From Calditrichia bacterium (lineage in GTDB: Bacteria; Calditrichota; Calditrichia; JAJRVZ01): a stretch of 64,000 bases of DNA. This document shows, piece after piece, positions 18,987 to 31,425 of the stretch. The first letter of the stretch is position 1; every line of letters begins with the position of its first letter. The DNA is taken from assembly GCA_963777955.1 (NCBI GenBank), contig CAVZSQ010000001.1, forward strand, positions 32,001 through 96,000. Reading direction: 5' to 3'. The notes under the pieces are model-generated. The model saw only the letters and a program-made list of their open reading frames with translations, did no database searches and was not told the DNA's origin. The position numbers and the translations under genes were made by a program.

Positions 18987-21683
18987 ATGCCCAAAATCTA
19001 TATAGAAAATAAAGAATATACCGTTGAATCCAAATATAAAAACCTGCTGGAGGTATGTCTATCCCTTGGTTTTGATCTGCCTTATTTCTGCTGGCATCCG
19101 GTACTGGGTTCGGTGGGTGCCTGCCGGCAATGTGCCGTGAAAAAATTTCAGAATGAACAGGATAGCAGGGGGCGGATTGTGATGGCCTGCATGGAACCGG
19201 TGGTGGACGGTCTGCGCATCTCCATTCAGGATCCTGAAGCCAGAGAATTCCGGGCGATGGTTATCGAATGGTTGATGACCAATCATCCCCACGATTGTCC
19301 GGTGTGCGATGAAGGGGGAGAATGTCATCTGCAGGATATGACGGTGATGACCGGGCATAATTACCGCCGCTACAATTTTAACAAGCGGACCCATAAGAAT
19401 CAGTACCTGGGTCCTTTGATCAATCATGAAATGAACCGGTGTATCGCCTGTTATCGCTGCGTGCGCTATTACCGCGATTATGCCGGCGGCCAGGATCTGA
19501 ATGTTTTTTCTTCACGCAACCGGGTCTACTTCGGCCGGCAGCAGGACGGCATCCTGGAAAGCGAATTCAGCGGCAATCTGGTTGAAGTATGTCCCACCGG
19601 GGTCTTCACCGATAAAACGTTTAAACAGCATTATTCCCGTAAATGGGATCTGCAGACTGCACCTTCGATTTGTGTGCACTGTTCGCTGGGGTGTAATATT
19701 ATTGCCGGGGAAAGATATGGAACCCTGCGCCGGGTGTTGAACAGATATAATGGGGAAATTAATGGCTATTTTATTTGTGATCGCGGACGGTTTGGTTATG
19801 AGTTTGTCAATAGTACCTCCAGAATCAGGAAGGCATCCCGGAAAAGTAATGGAAAGTTTGAACCGGTGTCCAAAAAAGAAATCCTGGATAGTCTGCAACA
19901 GCTATTTAATTCCGGTAAAAAAATAATCGGCATTGGATCTCCCCGGGCCTCGCTAGAGTCCAACTTCGCCCTGCGGACCCTGGTTGGACCCAAGAATTTT
20001 TATCAGGGTTTTTCAGACAGAGAATTTAAGGTGGTACATACTGGTTTGAAAATTCTCAGTCAGGGAACCTATAAACTGCCCTCATTGCGGGAGTGTGAAA
20101 AAGCTGATGCCGTATTAATCCTGGGTGAAGATATCACCAATACCGCTCCGATGCTGGCTCTGGCCGTGCGCCAGGCAGTGAGACAGCAACCGCTGCAGAC
20201 GGTACAAAAGATGAATATTCCCCTGTGGCATGATGCGGCAGCCAGGGAATTGATCCAGGATCAGCACGGACCGCTTTTTGTGGCGACTCCAGCTCAGACC
20301 AAACTGGACGAAATTGCCACAGCCAGCTGCCGCGCCACACCATTGAATATTGCCCGGTTGGGATTCGCCGTTGCTCACCTGATTGATCACCAGGCACCAG
20401 CCCCTGCCGCAGATCTTTCCGCCGCTGAACGGACTCTGGCCGAAGAGATTGCCCGGTACCTGAGTGCTGCCAGCAATCCATTGGTTATTGCCGGCAGCAG
20501 TACAGGCGAAGAAAGTATCCTGCAATCTGCAGCAAATATTGCTGCGGCATTATCATCGGAAAAGAGAAAGGCCGGTCTGTTTTTAACCTTTGCCGAAAGC
20601 AACAGCATTGGCATGGGATTGCTGGGCGGTAAAGCACTCGCGGCAGCAGTCGAGGCAGAAGCGGAGACGGTGATTATCCTGGAGAATGATCTGTACCGCC
20701 GCGGCGAAGAGCAGCAGATAGATAAAATACTTGCTACTGCCAGGCAGATCATCGTACTGGATCAACTGGAAACAGTGACTACAAAAAAAGCAACGATCCT
20801 GTTGCCGGCAGCGACCTTTGCCGAGGCTTCCGGCACGCTGGTCAATAATGAAGGACGGGCACAACGTTTCTACAAAGTATATACACCTGCAGACGATATC
20901 CAGGAGAGCTGGCGCTGGTTAAGTGATATTATGCTGGAAACCGGAAAGAATGGGGTCGCTGGCTGGAAGAATCTGGATGGTCTGTTGACAGAACTGGCCA
21001 AGACATTACCGGAATTTGAACAGTTGCTAAAACTTGCGCCGGATGCAGACGGGGAAAAAATTCCACGGCAGTCTCACCGTTACAGCGGCCGCACCGCCAT
21101 GAATGCCGGGATTAATGTCAGCGAACCGAAACCACCGCTCGATCCCGACTCGCCATTCGCATTCTCAATGGAAGGATTTCAGGGCCGCCGCAGTCCTGCG
21201 GCGGGCACAATCCAGTTGTTCTGGTCGCCCGGTTGGAACTCGGTCCAGTCAGTCAATAAATTTCAGACGGAGGTGGGTGGAGCGCTTCGTGGTGGTGATC
21301 CGGGAATTACACTGGTTCAATCTGAGACGAATAAAACGGTCTATCATAAAGATTTGCCTGTGGACTACAAATTACGCCATGGAGAGTGGCTGGTGGTACC
21401 GGTGTACCATATTTTCGGCTCTGAAGAACTGAGTGCCAGATCCGAAAATATCGCTCAACTGGTTCCGCAACCCTATGCCTTAATTAACTCTCAGCAAGGG
21501 ACGCAATTAAACTTGAAGGAAAATGACAAGATATTGTTACAGATTAATTCCCTGCACCTGGAACTGAATGTCCGTTTCAGCGATACGTTAACTGCCGGTA
21601 CTATTGGTTATCCGCTTGGTTTGAAAGATCTGCCTTATCTGGATCTTCCGGCTGCGGGAACAATAGAAGGGATCAGAGCATGA
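18987..21683 (+). CDS. nuoG: NADH-quinone oxidoreductase subunit G (long, E. coli-type)
   Basis: [42 protein letters not shown] Fe-S motifs. Confidence 0.97.
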   Translation: MPKIYIENKEYTVESKYKNLLEVCLSLGFDLPYFCWHPVLGSVGACRQCAVKKFQNEQDSRGRIVMACMEPVVDGLRISIQDPEAREFRAMVIEWLMTNHPHDCPVCDEGGECHLQDMTVMTGHNYRRYNFNKRTHKNQYLGPLINHEMNRCIACYRCVRYYRDYAGGQDLNVFSSRNRVYFGRQQDGILESEFSGNLVEVCPTGVFTDKTFKQHYSRKWDLQTAPSICVHCSLGCNIIAGERYGTLRRVLNRYNGEINGYFICDRGRFGYEFVNSTSRIRKASRKSNGKFEPVSKKEILDSLQQLFNSGKKIIGIGSPRASLESNFALRTLVGPKNFYQGFSDREFKVVHTGLKILSQGTYKLPSLRECEKADAVLILGEDITNTAPMLALAVRQAVRQQPLQTVQKMNIPLWHDAAARELIQDQHGPLFVATPAQTKLDEIATASCRATPLNIARLGFAVAHLIDHQAPAPAADLSAAERTLAEEIARYLSAASNPLVIAGSSTGEESILQSAANIAAALSSEKRKAGLFLTFAESNSIGMGLLGGKALAAAVEAEAETVIILENDLYRRGEEQQIDKILATARQIIVLDQLETVTTKKATILLPAATFAEASGTLVNNEGRAQRFYKVYTPADDIQESWRWLSDIMLETGKNGVAGWKNLDGLLTELAKTLPEFEQLLKLAPDADGEKIPRQSHRYSGRTAMNAGINVSEPKPPLDPDSPFAFSMEGFQGRRSPAAGTIQLFWSPGWNSVQSVNKFQTEVGGALRGGDPGITLVQSETNKTVYHKDLPVDYKLRHGEWLVVPVYHIFGSEELSARSENIAQLVPQPYALINSQQGTQLNLKENDKILLQINSLHLELNVRFSDTLTAGTIGYPLGLKDLPYLDLPAAGTIEGIRA

Positions 21684-22633
21684 GTCCGACTCTGCAAATC
21701 CTGCTGATTGTGGTTGGGATTCTGATGGCGGTTATGACCGTAGCGGCCGCACTGATCTGGCTGGAACGGCGGCTGTTGGCCCTGTGGCAGGATCGTTATG
21801 GCCCGAACCGGGTGGGTCCTTTCGGCTTGATACAGGTGGTGGCGGATATGGTCAAGATTTTCTTTAAAGAAGACTGGGTGCCGCCATTTGCCGATAAACC
21901 GGTTTTTATCCTGGCCCCGGCCATTATCATGATCACGGTGCTGATGAGTTTCGCGGTAATCCCTTTTGCCCCTGATCTGTATGTGGTCGATCTGAATATC
22001 GGTTTATTGTTTTTCCTGGGCTTGTCATCACTGGGCGTGTACAGCCTGGTACTGGCCGGCTGGGCTTCCAATAATAAGTATTCGCTGCTGGGCGGTCTGC
22101 GGGCCGCGGCCCAGATGATGGCTTATGAAGTTTTCATGGGTCTGTCGCTGCTGGGTGTGGTAATGCTGGCTGGTACGTTCAGTTTACGGGGGATTGTCGA
22201 AGCACAACGGGAGATCTGGTTCATCGTTCCGCAGTTTCTGGGATTCATTATATTTTTGCTGGCGGGTATCGCCGAAACCCATCGTTTACCGTTTGATATT
22301 CCTGAAGCGGAAAGCGAAATCATCGCCGGTTTTCACTCCGAATATTCGGGATTGAAATTCGGTATGTTCTTTGTAGGGGAATATCTTGGCGTGACACTTA
22401 TTTCGGCTATGACCGCCACTCTGTTTCTGGGGGGTTGGCTGGGACCTGACTTTTTACCCCCCTGGACCTGGTTCATGCTGAAAACTTTTATTTTTATTGT
22501 GTTATTTATTTTATTGCGTGCCGGTTTACCCCGGCCGCGCTATGACCAGTTAATGGTTTTAGGTTGGAAAGTTTTACTACCACTGTCCCTGTTGAATATT
22601 CTGGTTACCGGTGCTATTGTTTTAGCCGGATAA
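21680..22633 (+). CDS. nuoH: NADH-quinone oxidoreductase subunit H
   Basis: [30 protein letters not shown]. Confidence 0.97.
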   Translation: MSPTLQILLIVVGILMAVMTVAAALIWLERRLLALWQDRYGPNRVGPFGLIQVVADMVKIFFKEDWVPPFADKPVFILAPAIIMITVLMSFAVIPFAPDLYVVDLNIGLLFFLGLSSLGVYSLVLAGWASNNKYSLLGGLRAAAQMMAYEVFMGLSLLGVVMLAGTFSLRGIVEAQREIWFIVPQFLGFIIFLLAGIAETHRLPFDIPEAESEIIAGFHSEYSGLKFGMFFVGEYLGVTLISAMTATLFLGGWLGPDFLPPWTWFMLKTFIFIVLFILLRAGLPRPRYDQLMVLGWKVLLPLSLLNILVTGAIVLAG

Positions 22634-22689
22634 AATTGCGGGAAAAAATGAGTTATGAAAAGATTGATATATAGCACAGAGATAATCGC

Positions 22690-23205
22690 ATGATCAGTAT
22701 TCTGCACAGTCTGTGGCTGGCCTTTCTGCATATGTTTCGCCGCAGGGTGACAGTTCAGTATCCTGATGAGAAAATGGCGCTGCCGGCGCGCTGGCGCGGA
22801 CGCATTATTCTCACCCGTGATCCGGATGGCCAGGAACGCTGTGTGGCCTGTTATTTGTGTTCCACGGCCTGCCCGGTTGATTGCATCGCTCTGCAGGCTA
22901 CCGAGGACGAACACGGACGACGTTATCCGGAATTTTTCCGCATTAATTTTTCGCGCTGTATATTCTGCGGATACTGTGAAGAAGCCTGTCCCACCTATGC
23001 GATTCAACTGATTCCCGATTACGAAATGGCCGAATACAACCGGCAGAACCTGGTCTATGAAAAAGAAAACCTGCTGGTCGACGGCACAGGTAAATATCAT
23101 GATTATAATTTCTACCGTGTTGCCGGACTGGCCATCGGTGGAAAGGAGAAGGGCACGGCGGAAAGGGAAGATCCGCCGCTGGATGTGAAGGATTTAATGC
23201 CATAA
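22690..23205 (+). CDS. nuoI: NADH-quinone oxidoreductase subunit I
   Basis: [12 protein letters not shown] and [12 protein letters not shown]. Confidence 0.97.
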   Translation: MISILHSLWLAFLHMFRRRVTVQYPDEKMALPARWRGRIILTRDPDGQERCVACYLCSTACPVDCIALQATEDEHGRRYPEFFRINFSRCIFCGYCEEACPTYAIQLIPDYEMAEYNRQNLVYEKENLLVDGTGKYHDYNFYRVAGLAIGGKEKGTAEREDPPLDVKDLMP

Positions 23206-23206
23206 T

Positions 23207-23716
23207 ATGGAAATAACATTTTATATTGCAGCGCTAGTCGCGATTATCGCCACGATCATGGTCATCACCCGGCTTAATGCCGTGCATGCATTGTTGTACC
23301 TGATTTTGTCTCTGCTGGCGATTGCGGTTATATTCTTTGTGAGCGGGGCACCCTTCGTCGCCGCCCTGGAAGTGATCATTTATGCCGGGGCCATCATGGT
23401 TTTATTCGTATTCGTGGTGATGATGCTCAACCTGGGCAAATCTTCGATCAGCCAGGAGAACCAGTGGCTGTCGGCCAGGAGTTGGATTGGTCCGGGGATT
23501 CTGGCTTTAATTCTGATCGTGGAATTGGTTTATATCCTGTTGACACTTCGTTCAGCCCGTCCGCAAGGAACGATAATCGGGCCGAAGGAGGTTGGTACTT
23601 CTCTGTTTAGTGTATATATCATCGGTGTGGAATTGGCAGCCATGCTGTTGTTAGCCGGCATGGTGGGTGCTTACCATCTGGGAAAAAGAAAAAACAAACT
23701 ACACACCGGTTTATGA
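23207..23716 (+). CDS. nuoJ: NADH-quinone oxidoreductase subunit J
   Basis: [16 protein letters not shown] motif. Confidence 0.95.
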   Translation: MEITFYIAALVAIIATIMVITRLNAVHALLYLILSLLAIAVIFFVSGAPFVAALEVIIYAGAIMVLFVFVVMMLNLGKSSISQENQWLSARSWIGPGILALILIVELVYILLTLRSARPQGTIIGPKEVGTSLFSVYIIGVELAAMLLLAGMVGAYHLGKRKNKLHTGL

Positions 23717-23729
23717 GCGGGGAGGCGCA

Positions 23730-24038
23730 ATGATTGAAATTCCCATTGCCCATGGTTTGATCCTGGCCGCAATTTTATTCACTCTGGGCTTGATCGGTGT
23801 GCTGGTACGCAGAAATATTGTTTTTATACTGATGTCGATAGAAATAATGTTTAATGCTGCCGGATTGGCCTTTGTCCTGGGTGGTTCACGCTGGATGCAG
23901 GCTGATGGGCAGGTGATGTTCATTTTTATTCTGGCGGTCGCTGCGGCGGAAGTCGCAGTCGGCCTGGCCCTGATCCTGCAGATCTATCAGAGATTCAAAA
24001 CTCTGGATGCAGATGCTCTGAGTAAAATGAGAGGCTGA
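23730..24038 (+). CDS. nuoK: NADH-quinone oxidoreductase subunit K
   Basis: [25 protein letters not shown]. Confidence 0.95.
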   Translation: MIEIPIAHGLILAAILFTLGLIGVLVRRNIVFILMSIEIMFNAAGLAFVLGGSRWMQADGQVMFIFILAVAAAEVAVGLALILQIYQRFKTLDADALSKMRG

Positions 24039-24039
24039 G

Positions 24040-25933
24040 ATGCTTGCCTGGTTGTGGCTGATTCCTGTATTACCCTTGATCGGTTTTCTGCTGCTGGTAT
24101 TTTTTGGCTCTAAATTATCAAAGCAGGGTGTAGCCATTATTGGCGTTGGCTCCATCGGGATCTCGGCAGTAATAACAATCCTGATCACCTATTCTTTTAT
24201 TAGCAGTCCTCCGGTTAATTATCAATTCAGCCAGGTGTTATGGACCTGGGTATCGGTTTCCGATTTCGCGCCGGCCCTGGCATTCTATCTTGATCCACTG
24301 GCTCTGATCTTCATGCTGGTCATCACCTTTGTCGGATTCCTGATCCATCTTTATTCAACCGAATACATGGCCGCTGAGGAGGGTTACAGCCGGTTCTTTG
24401 CTTATATGAATCTGTTCATCGGATCGATGCTGATCCTGGTACTGGGGGATAATCTGCTGCTGCTTTATCTTGGCTGGGAAGGGGTCGGCCTGTGCAGTTA
24501 TCTGCTGATCGGTTTCTGGTACAAAGATCCTCTAAACGGTTATGCCGCGCGAAAAGCATTTGTGGTTACCAGGGTTGGTGATACGGCCATGGCGGTGGGA
24601 TTGTTCATTTTGTATTCGACCCTGGGTACACTTAATATACAAACCATTTTAGCACAAGCTTCATTGCATTGGGTAGTGGGGTCGTCATTGGCCATTACCA
24701 CGGCTGCTTTATTATTAGGCGGGGCAGTGGGGAAGTCGGCACAGTTGCCGTTACAGACCTGGCTGCCGGACGCCATGGCCGGTCCGACTCCGGTCAGTGC
24801 CTTAATCCATGCAGCCACCATGGTTACGGCGGGTGTATATCTTATTGCCCGCATGAATGTAATGTTTACCCTGGCTCCGCTGGTGCAGCTGATTGTGGCT
24901 ATTGTGGGTGCGCTGACTTTGCTGCTGGCCGGATTCAGCGCCCTGGTTCAAACCGATATTAAACGTGTTCTGGCCTATTCAACCATCAGTCAGATTGGCT
25001 ACATGTTCCTGGCACTGGGGGTGGGTGCCTGGGCTGCGGGAATATTTCACTTCATGACCCATGCCTTCTTTAAAGCCTTGCTGTTCCTGGGTGCCGGAGC
25101 GATTATTATCGCCCTGCACCATGAGCAGAACATGTTTAAAATGGGCGGACTGAAAAAATTACTGCCGGTTACTTACTGGACCTTTCTGATCGGGTCAGCT
25201 TCGCTGGTGGCTTTGCCGCTGGTCACGGCCGGATTTTACAGTAAAGATATGATTTTATGGTACTAGCTGGTCTTCTGAAAAAGGGGCCTGGTGGTTATGG
25301 ACCATGGGAATTCTGGGTGCGTTCATGACCGCTGTCTATACCTTTCGTATGGTTTTCATAACCTTTTACGGTGAAGTCAAAACACCGGTCCATCATCCCC
25401 CCGGCCAGCGGATAAAAATTCCACTGATTATTCTGGCTGTACTTTCTGTCGCCGGAGGATTCCTGGATTTGCCGCATAACCTGGGGCACGTGACCATCTT
25501 CTCGGATTTTATTCAGAAAGTTCTCCCAGCCGTAAGAAGTCATGAAGTAGAGGCCAGTGTTGAGACAATGTTTCAGATTATTTCAGCGTTTATAACCTTT
25601 GCTGGAATTTACCTGGCCTATTGGCTATACCTGAAAAATCCAAATTATATACAAAAATTGTCGCAGGCTAAACCGGTTGCTTTGCTTAAAAAGTACTGGC
25701 ATTCCGGCTGGGGATTTGACTGGCTGTATGACCGTCTGTTTGTCCTGCCCTTGCTGTGGCTGGCGGCAATAAATAAACGGGACTTTATTGATCTGGGCTA
25801 TAGCGGTATCGCCTGGCTCAATCGTAAATCCAATGAAATTCTGGTGCGTACTCAGACCGGCCAGTTGCGCTGGTATGCTATGGGACTGGTCCTGGGTGCG
25901 GTGATCCTGTTAATGATTGTGGTGTGGCTATGA
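24040..25933 (+). CDS. nuoL: NADH-quinone oxidoreductase subunit L (break at ~25264, likely sequencing error)
   Basis: GWEGVGLCSYLLIGFW, WLPDAMAGPTPVSALIHAATMV; C-terminal half in ORF 25304..25933. Confidence 0.93.
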
Positions 25934-27447
25934 TATTAATCTGGTTAATCACCATTCTGTTATGCGGCGGGCTGCTGGCCTGGATTGCCGGCCGCTGGAG
26001 TTCCAGTTTACCGCGCTGGATTTCATTGCTGGCGGTTATTGGTGTGGCGATCCTGAGTATCTGGATCTGGATTGATAATAATAACCAGCCTGTTTTAAAT
26101 ACTGATAGTAACTGGTGGATAGAAATCAATTGGGAATGGTTGCCGCAGTTTGGTATCAATTTTCATCTGGCCCTGGACGGCCTGAGTCTGCTGCTGATTG
26201 TACTGACTTCATTCTTAGGCATATTATCTGTTCTGACTTCCTGGACAGAGATCCAGTCTAAAATCGGTTTTTTCCATTTTAATTTACTGTGGATCCTGGC
26301 CGGGATCACAGGGGTATTCCTGGCCATGGACCTGTTTTTATTTTACTTTTTCTGGGAAGTCATGTTGATACCGATGTATTTTCTGATCGGGATCTGGGGG
26401 CATGAGAACCGTATTTATGCAGCCATAAAATTCTTTATCTTTACCCAGGCCAGCGGTCTGCTGATGCTGCTGTCAATATTAGGTTTGTATTTCATCCACG
26501 GCCGCCTGACCGGCATTTATACATTTGATTATAATCATCTGCTGGATACGATGATTGAACCCGGGGCGGCCCGCTGGTTAATGTCGGGTTTCCTGATCGC
26601 TTTCCTGGTAAAGTTGCCAGCGGTGCCCCTGCATACCTGGTTACCCGATGCTCATACCGAAGCGCCGACAGCGGGAAGCGTCATCCTGGCCGGATTACTG
26701 CTTAAAACCGGGGCCTACGGTTTATTGAGGTTTGTTGTACCGTTATTTCCCCAGGCTGCTGTCGATATAGCACCTGTGGCCATGATACTGGGGGTAATCG
26801 GTATTTTGTATGGCGCCAAACTGGCGTTCGCGCAAACCGATATGAAAAGGATGGTGGCCTATACCAGTGTCAGTCATATGGGTTTTATTTTGCTGGGTGT
26901 CTTCGCTTTTAACGAACTGGCTTTGCAGGGTGTAGTACTGCAGATTATTACGCATGGCATCAGTACCGGGGCGCTGTTTATAATTGCCGGGATGATGAAA
27001 GAGCGGCTGCACACCCGCGACATGCAGCAGATGGGCGGCCTGTGGGAAAATGTTCCGCGTCTGGCCGGTGTTTCCATGTTGTTTGCCATGGCCTCCCTGG
27101 GCTTACCGGGACTGGGCAATTTTATTGCTGAAATGCTGGTACTGTTCGGCGCATATATGGCGGACAAAATGATAACGATAATCGCTACGGCCGGCTTGAT
27201 TGCCTCGACTTTATATGCACTCTGGTTTATACAGCAGGTTTTTCATGGACCTAAAAAGCAGGATTATAAAGTCAGGGATCTGAACCTGCGCGAGATGGTG
27301 ATCATGGTTCTGATGATAGCGGTGATTGTCTGGCTGGGCTTGTATCCACAGCCGGTCCTCGAAACGGCAAAACCGGTATTACAGCAGATACAGAAAGTTG
27401 TCGTTGCTTCAACCGCAGCCATTCCGGGGAGGGGAAGCAGTGAATAG
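25930..27447 (+). CDS. nuoM: NADH-quinone oxidoreductase subunit M
   Basis: HTWLPDAHTEAPTAGS, AYTSVSHMG. Confidence 0.97.
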   Translation: MILIWLITILLCGGLLAWIAGRWSSSLPRWISLLAVIGVAILSIWIWIDNNNQPVLNTDSNWWIEINWEWLPQFGINFHLALDGLSLLLIVLTSFLGILSVLTSWTEIQSKIGFFHFNLLWILAGITGVFLAMDLFLFYFFWEVMLIPMYFLIGIWGHENRIYAAIKFFIFTQASGLLMLLSILGLYFIHGRLTGIYTFDYNHLLDTMIEPGAARWLMSGFLIAFLVKLPAVPLHTWLPDAHTEAPTAGSVILAGLLLKTGAYGLLRFVVPLFPQAAVDIAPVAMILGVIGILYGAKLAFAQTDMKRMVAYTSVSHMGFILLGVFAFNELALQGVVLQIITHGISTGALFIIAGMMKERLHTRDMQQMGGLWENVPRLAGVSMLFAMASLGLPGLGNFIAEMLVLFGAYMADKMITIIATAGLIASTLYALWFIQQVFHGPKKQDYKVRDLNLREMVIMVLMIAVIVWLGLYPQPVLETAKPVLQQIQKVVVASTAAIPGRGSSE

Positions 27448-28917
27448 TACGATGCTCAGCGCTCTGCTGCCCTTAATTATCCTGGCCGCCGGTGCGATTC
27501 TTATTATGCTGGTTATCGCCATCAAGCGTAATCATACCCTCAGTTTCATTGTCTGCACTATTGTGCTGGTTACAGGTTTGGGTTCACTTTTCTTTATTTA
27601 GACATGGTGCCGCAGGTGATAGCTCCGCTGGTGATCGTCGATTCCTATGCACTATTTTATATCGGACTCATTCTGCTTTCTACCCTGGCTATTGCATTTT
27701 TGTCGTATGATTATTTGCGCAAGGTGGAAGGGGAACACGAGGAGTATTATCTGTTGCTGTTACTGGCTGCACTTGGGTCAGCTGTATTGGTTGTCAGCCA
27801 GCATTTTGTTATGCTGTTTCTGGGCCTGGAAATATTGAGTGTCTCGCTCTATATATTAATTTCATATTTATATCAACGCGGGCAGTGTATAGAGGCGGGA
27901 GTGAAGTACCTGATCCTGGCTGCGGCTTCTTCTGCTTTCCTGCTTTTTGGCATGGCGCTGATCTATAATGCCACCGGAACCATGGAATTTGGATTAATTC
28001 CCCGGCGTCTGGCTATCACCGGGGCAGGATCGCTGCTGGTCTTCAGCGGCCTGGCCCTGATGCTGGTTGGTATAGGCTTTAAACTGGCCGTGGTGCCTTT
28101 TCACATGTGGACGCCCGATGTATATCAGGGTGCACCAGCGCCGGTTACCGCCTTTATTGCCACGATTTCAAAAGGGGGGATGTTTGCCCTGATCCTGAGA
28201 TTCTTTATCACTTTTGATATTTATAAGTATGATGTTTTGCTGTTGATTTTTTCGATCATTGCTGTTGCTTCCATGTTTACCGGCAATTGGCTGGCTTTAC
28301 AGCAGCAGAATGTCAAACGGATTCTGGCCTACTCTTCCATTGCGCATCTCGGTTATCTGCTGGTGGCTTTTCTGGCCGGACGCAAGTTTGCAGTCCCGGC
28401 GGCAACTTTTTACCTGGCAGCCTATTTTATGACCACGATTGCTGCATTTGGAATTGTGTCGGTTCTTTCCGGCAGGGAAGGGGAGGCCGATGATCTTCAG
28501 GACTATCACGGACTTTACTGGCGCCATCCCTGGCTGGCGGCGATTTTCACCGCTGCTTTGTTTTCATTGTCGGGAATTCCACTGACTGCCGGATTTGTCG
28601 GTAAATTTTACGTGTTGATTGCCGGTGTTCATTCTTCATTGTGGTGGCTGGTAGTAATACTGGTGATAAATAGTGCAATTGGTTTGTACTATTATCTGCG
28701 TATCGTGGTGGCTATGTTCACTCCAGTTGGGCCGGGAGAAAAGTTAAACAATATACCAAGTGCTGGTGTATCCCTGGCCGGTAGTGTAGTACTGGCAGTC
28801 ATGATGCTTTTACTGCTAGGCCTGGGAGTTTATCCTTTCCAGTTGATCGATCTCATCCAATCAATCGGTTCCAGTCTCGATAATACTGTTATAGAGTCAA
28901 TTCAATCTATACCCTGA
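27440..28917 (+). CDS. nuoN: NADH-quinone oxidoreductase subunit N (frameshift ~27600)
   Basis: GTG start overlapping the nuoM stop; EAGVKY, PFHMWTPDVYQGAP, KRILAYSSIAH. Confidence 0.93.
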
Positions 28918-29035
28918 GTACTTTATTTATTTATTGTAGAGAGAGAATATTTTTTTTTGAAATACAGTTATATTAATATATCTTCTAATTGTTGGTCTAT
29001 AAATTTTAAAAAAAGATGTTTCAAAAGTATCAATT

Positions 29036-29191
29036 TGTCATTCTGAATCCCGATTCGACTGACGGGCGCCTCACCTGCGGCAGGAAAGCGAATCGGGATG
29101 AAGGATCTTCATCTTATTAAAATTAACAGATTCTTCCTCGTCCCAACCTGTCTGCCGCCAGGCAGGTAAATCAGGACTCGTCAGAATGACA
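29036..29191. repeat. REP/MITE-like element with 11-bp terminal inverted repeats and nested palindromes
   Basis: TGTCATTCTGA ... TCAGAATGACA ends; internal ATCCCGATTCG/CGAATCGGGAT stem; nested CCTG..CAGG mini-palindromes. Confidence 0.75.
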
Positions 29192-29236
29192 CTCTGGAGA
29201 GAGTTCGAATAGGTTTTTAGTAAAAATGGAGGGTCT

Positions 29237-29677
29237 ATGAAAGTTAGCGAAATCTTGACAAATAAAGGTCCGCAGGTGGTCACCATCTGGGAAGAGAAAA
29301 CCATACAGGAATCCATAGATCTGATGGTGCAGAATAAAATCGGCGCCTTGATGGTAATTAATGCCGAGGGTAAGCTCATCGGAATCATCACTGAAAGGGA
29401 TATTTTGCGGGCTTATCATGCTCATCCCGATGCCGCCGGTGAACTGTCGGTAAAGGAAATCATGACCCGCAAGGTGATTATTGGCAATAAGGACGATACC
29501 CTGGAATATGTGGAAAGCGTGATGACTGAAAACCGCGTGCGCCACCTGCCGATTATTTCCGAAAAACGCCTGGTCGGGATCATTTCGATCGGGGATGTAG
29601 TCAAAGCTTTAAGTAAAGAGTCCAAGAGCGAGAACCGCTATCTGAAGGATTTTATTGAAGGGAAGCATATGGGATGA
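29237..29677 (+). CDS. CBS domain-containing protein
   Basis: Two CBS repeats: IGALMV..GIITERD and RHLPII..GIISIGDVVK. Confidence 0.92.
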   Translation: MKVSEILTNKGPQVVTIWEEKTIQESIDLMVQNKIGALMVINAEGKLIGIITERDILRAYHAHPDAAGELSVKEIMTRKVIIGNKDDTLEYVESVMTENRVRHLPIISEKRLVGIISIGDVVKALSKESKSENRYLKDFIEGKHMG

Positions 29678-29738
29678 CCCTCCCCAAGCCCCTCCCTGTT
29701 CGCTTCTTGGCGAACAGGGAGGGGTAGGGGTGGGTTTT
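29677..29738 (+). terminator. Long GC-rich hairpin (REP-like; can act as terminator)
   Basis: CCCCTCCCTGTTCGC-loop-GCGAACAGGGAGGGG with an outer stem and TTTT tail. Confidence 0.65.
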
Positions 29739-29867
29739 ACCCTTAAACTTTTACAAAACTTTTACAATTAACCTATCACAAATCTCCTATTTTTAATTGC
29801 TGCCTGTTTGTTCATCAAACCGGACTGCCCGCGGTGTTCTGTTTTCAGAAAAATATAAAGGGGGACC

Positions 29868-31016
29868 ATGCCAATGAATTCGACACAGATGCCCAAATTA
29901 TTTATTAATGGATTTACAATTGACAGGCCGATCATCCAGGGGGGTATGGGAGTTGGAATCTCCATGTCCGGCCTGGCTTCAGCGGTAGCAAATGAAAACG
30001 GCATCGGGGTTATTTCTTCGGTCGGCCTGGGGTTGCTCGAAGCGAAATCGCTGCAAACCTACAGGGAGGAAAATAAGACAATCCTTGCGCCGGGAAATTC
30101 ACAAGGCGCGTATCCTGAGCAACGGAGTGTTGGGATTAAATATTATGGTGGCAGTTGCAGATTATGATGAATTGGTTAAAATTGCTTTTGATGAAGAGAT
30201 TGATATTGTATTTCTGGGAGCAGGACTGCCTTTAAAATTTCCAAAAGAAATATCGCCCGACCGCTTAAAGCATGCCCATACCAGGGTAGGGGTTATTGTG
30301 TCTTCGGCGCGGGCCACCAATATAATTTTTCAATCCTGGAAAAAGAATTATGACCACGTCCCGGATCTGGTTGTTGTGGAAGGTCCCATGGCCGGAGGTC
30401 ATCTGGGCTTTAAAAAAGAGCAAATTGATGATCCTGATTATAAACTGGAAAAATTGATCCCGGAAGTGCTGAGCGTGGTCAGCCGGTATGAAGACCAGGT
30501 TGAAAGGATCATTCCGGTGATTGCTGCTGGCGGATATTTTCACGCGGTGCCGATATTTACAAATTTTTAAGTTTAGGGGCACAGGGTGTACAAATGGCAA
30601 CACGATTCGTGGCGACTCATGAATGTGATGCCTCTGTACAGTTCAAGCAATCCTATCTCGACTGTAAAAAAGAGGATCTTATAATAATTCAAAGTCCGGT
30701 GGGATTACCGGGCCGGGCCATTCGTAATAAATTTTTGGATGAAGTATCGGCAGGGGAAAGGAAACCGTTTAAATGTCCGTGGCAATGCCTGAAAACCTGT
30801 GACTTCCGGGAAGTACCTTACTGTATCGCCCAGGCCTTAAAGAATGCCCGACAGGGTAAGCTGGAAGAGGGATACACCTTTGCCGGCTCGAATGCGTACC
30901 GGGTTAATGAAATAATTTCGGTAAAAGAACTATTCCAGGCCCTGGAGCAGGAATATGCCCAGGCCGTTTATTATAATTCGCTGCAACCAACTGTCGAGGT
31001 AGGTATTCCCGGTTAA
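29868..31016 (+). CDS. Nitronate monooxygenase / FabK-like flavoprotein (two frameshifts)
   Basis: PIIQGGMGVGIS, EGPMAGGHLG, PVIAAGG, GVQMATRF, SPVGLPGRA across three ORFs. Confidence 0.88.
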
Positions 31017-31425
31017 TCCGACAGGAGAATAATCTATATTCCAAAAAGTTATCATTATTCGATTCAAGACTTGACTAAATTGGTAATTGGTAATTGGGTT
31101 TTTGGAATTTGGTTATTGGAATTTGGATTTTGAGATCAGTATCTTGACTAGCGTACATAACAATATATCTTCATAATTTTAGGCCCAAATTATTAATTTC
31201 TTGACTTCTTTAAGCAGGATTTTTATTTTTATTTGCATAATATAATCTGTTAGGGATTGTACTTATCCTGCCCTAGGTAATTGGAGCAGTCTTTTATACT
31301 AATCTATAGAAGTTGTAATAATTAGTCTTAATCAATGGATTGCGGATTAGGTTTTTCATAGAAGCAGTAGAGATAAATAAAAACCGATACAGTTATAAGA
31401 TTCATCGCTGCCCTGAAGAAAAATA

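Noticed and set aside
4084..28917. kup, nuoE, nuoL and nuoN as true pseudogenes or programmed frameshifts
   Set aside because: Single-base indels in otherwise intact conserved genes throughout the window, without consistent slippery motifs; assembly error is the simpler explanation.
29071..29391. Minus-strand ORFs over the CBS gene and repeat
   Set aside because: Antisense shadows of the CBS gene and the REP-like element.
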